Source: Vezdaea acicularis (Eukaryota). From it: 64,000 nt of DNA. Position numbers and translations under genes: made by a program. Location: contig JAPEUI010000012.1 in NCBI GenBank assembly GCA_026025075.1, positions 62,001 to 126,000 of the forward strand, given 5' to 3'. The notes below the pieces were generated by a model. The model had not been told where the DNA came from. It saw only the letters and a list, made by a program, of their open reading frames with translations, and ran no database searches. The first letter of the stretch is position 1. Each line of letters opens with the position of its first letter. This document shows, piece by piece, positions 60,067-64,000 of the stretch.

Positions 60067-60984
60067 ATGCATCTTCCCGTTGGCGAAATAGATGCGATCA
60101 ATATGCCGACTGAGCTATACCTCACAGTGCAAGATGGTCTCAATGTAATGGCAGGTATCTTCTGGACTGTTGCCTATGTACTCTACATAAGACAATCCTT
60201 CCGTGATGAGTCCTATGGGATGCCGCTGCTCTCCCTGTATGCATGAAAGATCCATCTGTATATTGAAAATACAGGATACTGACGTACTCGATGATAGCTG
60301 CGCGAACATTGCCTGGGAGTTGATTTACAGCGTCTTCTATCCCCCTACCGTCGCAGACCAAATTGTCTTTTTCCCCTGGCTAATCATCGACATGGTACTC
60401 GTCTATGCTACAATCAAATTCGGGCCCAAAGACTGGTCTCACTCTCCGTTGGTTGCGCAAAATTTAGGTTCTATCATCGCCTTGGGTTCTGTTATGATGG
60501 TGGCGCTGCACTGGTCATTTGCACAAGTTTTTGATGGAGACTTTGGGCAGGCTGCGTACTGGAGCGGCTACGCGTGTCAAGCAGTTGTCAGCTGGAGTGC
60601 CATCTCACAGCTCATTTCAAGAGGCAATACTAGAGGTCACTCTATCGGCATATGGTAGGTTCTGCCCTATCCGTTGAAGCTTAATAAACCTTCTGCTTCC
60701 TCGATACTGACGCTTACTTTGCACTGTTCAGGTGGTGTCGATTCCTCGGTACCTTGTGCGTTACAGCCGTCTTTATGTGGCGGATATACCATTATCCCGA
60801 CTCATACTATTATGTTTTGACCCCAATGGCCGCATATCTTTTCGTGGCTCCTTATATAGCCGAGCTGGCATACCCTGTGGTCTTCTATTATATTCAGAAG
60901 CTGGAGAGAGCAGACGGGCAGGTCAAGACCAACGGTTCAGTTGATCCACACCTGAGATCGGCGAAGAACATCAAGCTCTTTTAG
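60067..60984 (+). CDS. paxB-like: PaxB/Pyr4-family integral-membrane terpene cyclase
   Basis: Motifs W...Y...IRQSFRD.SYGMP...L|CANIAWE, W..ID, KFG...W.HSP.V and L..RG.TRGHS..IW|W.RF.GT; very hydrophobic. Introns at 60237-60297 and ~60656-60731. Confidence 0.92.
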
Positions 60985-62328
60985 GTAGTCTGCTAACGCA
61001 TAGACTGGATGGCTGAACAGAGCGCTTATGCCACATGTATGGCGAAAGTAGAAAAGCGTAGCAGGAACTAGGCAACCTACCGGGCAAGGGAAACGGCTAG
61101 ACTCATAGATTATTCTTGATGTATGGGATATCATGGCAAATTTCAAGTTGGCGATAAAAGTGCTGTTATTCTTTGGTTACTAAATTCGTTGGTACATGGG
61201 TTGTGACTACGCGCGCAATACTGTGGTTCACTAGAATAACCCTCATTAAAAATTATCCATCTCTAAGAAATAAAGAAGGAGCCTATTTATTTGTGGGACA
61301 AAGTTCATGAATCAAACTTAATAATTTTGGATTATTTGGGTGATTTCACGCTTCGAGGGATCGGTGATGGGGGCTCACGGAGAACGGTAAAACTTTGTCG
61401 CGCCGAAGATCCGAAGCGACTCCGTCAATGTGTAACGCCCATGCCCTACAACAACATATCGACCCCCCTCATCACACTGCATCGGACCTCGGTGTCATCA
61501 AGGATGGTGTAGCCTGTACCTTCTCATTCTACTGTAGGCCACCACGGCCCCGCTCCCCATCGAACTGCAAAGGTCGGTGGTCAAAGCGCCAGCTTTTCAG
61601 CCGTGTCGTATTTACGCCATGTCCTTGTCATCGCTTAGAGAGTGGTAACCGCCGAAACCAGGGATTTAAATGCATACAACCCCTATCCTTGCGTCACCAA
61701 CATTAGTCTCTCGACAATGCCAAGTGATCATGGTCGGACACTATTATTTGGCCCTCCTAAGCCACGCTCACACTTTCGGTCGGACTGAGGTGAGCCAAAA
61801 CGCCTCCCGATACGCCTCCCGCCGCGGGCCGGCGCGTCAAACGAGACGACCCTTGGATAATACGATGATGAGGGGCCACGTCTTGGCAGTCCCCAATCTT
61901 CCAGGCTTACAGAGAGGGTCTAGACTGTGCCAAGCTGGATTGCCCCGAAGTCGATGATCTAAGACTGATTACTCAAATGTTTGCGGTCATACTCCAGAAG
62001 CACGGGGGCAGCCTACGATTGCCGTATGGTCAGACCTGGATGCGAAAGGGGTATATCGGCTTAAGAATTATCAGCTGATTCGCTAAGGCGGCCCCTGGGG
62101 CACAGATAAGCTCAGGTCTGCAGGTGGGATTATCGCGCTTATACCATTCATGCCACCACTCCTGTGCGGGCGGTATGGCCGGGATGATTCCGCTCTTTTT
62201 CGTTTGGCTGAGATTATTGTGGCCAAAGCGACTAACTCTGGCATAGTACTAAGAAATTTGTTCGCTACGCTCTATGAGAAGCTACAGTAATCGCCGAGCT
62301 CTTAGTAGTCGAGGAGTACCAACACAGC

Positions 62329-62419
62329 GCGTATCGCCATGCAGGCTAATCTCCTGGAGACCTTGGACTATCAAACATGAAGCGTATCGCCATGCAGGCT
62401 GATCTCATAGAGAACTTGG
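62329..62419. repeat. Imperfect direct repeat, 2 x ~38 bp (53-bp period)
   Basis: GCGTATCGCCATGCAGGCT(A/G)ATCTC..(G/A)GAGA(C/A)CTTGG at 62329 and 62382. Confidence 0.8.
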
Positions 62420-63548
62420 CGTTTGTGTATCGATTTTCCGTATACGCTGCGCCTCTATCCAGTACTGACATACCAACCAACATTCATTGGTTACACGGTC
62501 ATATAACCGCTAATCGAGGGACATACCGCCAATATCGAGTAGGGTGCTCCCAATGGATCGTGCTCGGCTTGGCGTTCCGCGAAGGTGGTCCACGACATGG
62601 ATAACCTCGTGTTTGACATCCTTGGCCCGGAAGGACATGCACTCACCCGGGCGACCTCCCGATCCCGCTTGAGCACAGGTCGAGAAGCCCTACGGACACA
62701 TCCCACAGTGGCCAAGAAATTAGTTGATATTTGGAATATGCCGGCAGAAGCTGTGATCAGGCGTACTTGCATACCACTAGAAGAGACTGGAATGGGGCCA
62801 TCTGACACTGCTTTGTCGATGATCGACGGCTTGACAATTTAGGCAGCTCGCTGAGGCGTTGACATGAGGCAATTAGCCGTGAAAATTGCGTCTGATAGTC
62901 GCGCTATGCGTCGGAGCTTGCCACGCCGCTGCTGCACGGCGTACCTGGGACGGCAAATTCCAAAGAGTTTTCCACGTCGGGGGCCGGAAACCTTAACCGC
63001 CTCTCTCACGGTCCCGTATAAGCTGCAGGACCTCCCGAGACGGCGGGTTTCGGTAAACTAAAGCCGACCAAATGGTGCTGACGGTTGCGCTGACGTTGCT
63101 GTCCGCCTCCGGACGTCATACACGCCCGACTCGTATCGGACAGTCGGCTTCCTGCTTACCGTCCCTGACTGACTGGACCGGAGACCACAGCGGGTGAAAT
63201 GGCTGCGAGCGCGAGAGGGAGAAGTGGCTTACTGAGCGGGTACTTTGCCACTTTGTACCTATTGGGTATTCGGTTTTGTTTGAGATAGGGGTTAAACCCT
63301 AAGTCAATCTCTAAACCGACCTTGGAGTTAGAAAAAAGAAGAGTTATGCTACAGTAACAGCAGATGCTAACTCTTCAACCTACACTAATTACGAATTCGT
63401 AATTAGACGAAACATCTCAAAGCGTGAAGGACCATCTTCACCTCTCTACGGCGTTATGCTTTCATAATTAGGCAATGATCTCTTAGAGATCACCGTAGAA
63501 CCGGGGGCTAGTCCATCTACTATCCACTAGAGAACATAGGGCAAGTAA

Positions 63549-64000
63549 ATGACTGAAGTTCTTAATGCGATAAGAGAGCTGAACCAATACAATATCAGCA
63601 TGGATGCCACGCGTGCCCTTTCTTATTCTTACGAATAGACATGGGCCTTTAGCCACTAACACAATATCGGCAATATTGGCATATATTCTAGATTATATCA
63701 ATCCAAGGACGATGTACTTTCAGGAGAACACCATATACCATGCCACAAAGATATTTGCGTTGGCTTCGAGGTCACTTATGGCATTGTCTATTTAAATAGT
63801 CCCTGAAAACAGGAAGAAAAGGGTCATTTCTTACAAAACATCTTGAATAAGGACAGTAACTGTGATATAGCTGAAGACAGAAGCACGAGAAAACATCGTA
63901 GAGTCCGATGATAACATTTTGTACAATTTCAAGCTGTCTCCACTTCGCATTTGATAACAAAGAAGCTTTAAAAACCATCGTAAAGTCTGATAACAACATG
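63549..64000 (+). pseudogene. Degenerate AT-rich ORF remnant (possibly RIP-mutated gene or transposon)
   Basis: The frame from the ATG at 63549 reads MTEVLNAIRELNQYNISMDATRALSYSYE*TWAFSH*HNIGNIG...LNSP*KQEEK... with scattered TAG/TAA/TGA stops in AT-rich sequence. Confidence 0.35.

Noticed and set aside
62329..62419. CRISPR-like repeat-spacer appearance
   Set aside because: Only two imperfect copies with a 15-bp gap in a eukaryotic genome; a simple local duplication.

Overview
Gene-dense, intron-containing genomic DNA of a filamentous ascomycete (Pezizomycotina-type GT..CTRAC..AG introns). Bases 1-49 kb are mostly ordinary genes: an RBM5/10-like G-patch protein, molybdopterin synthase cnxH, CENP-O, a GPI cell-wall protein, a C2H2 protein, a sugar transporter, SCO1, GDT1, a telobox-Myb protein, tRNA-Pro(AGG), an ABC1 kinase, palI, a DUF3433-like membrane protein and a chitin-binding AA5 copper radical oxidase. 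The highlight is a compact five-gene secondary-metabolite cluster at ~49.8-61.0 kb. It encodes a Zn2Cys6 regulator, an indoleamine 2,3-dioxygenase, a membrane-anchored class B flavin monooxygenase, a PaxC/IdtC-type indole prenyltransferase and a PaxB/Pyr4-type membrane terpene cyclase. No PaxG GGPP synthase, PaxM-type epoxidase or P450 is visible in the window, so this looks like a non-canonical indole-terpenoid pathway. Gene-poor, degenerate sequence follows it to the window end. All family calls come from motif recognition by eye and all exon boundaries were inferred manually; no database searches were run.
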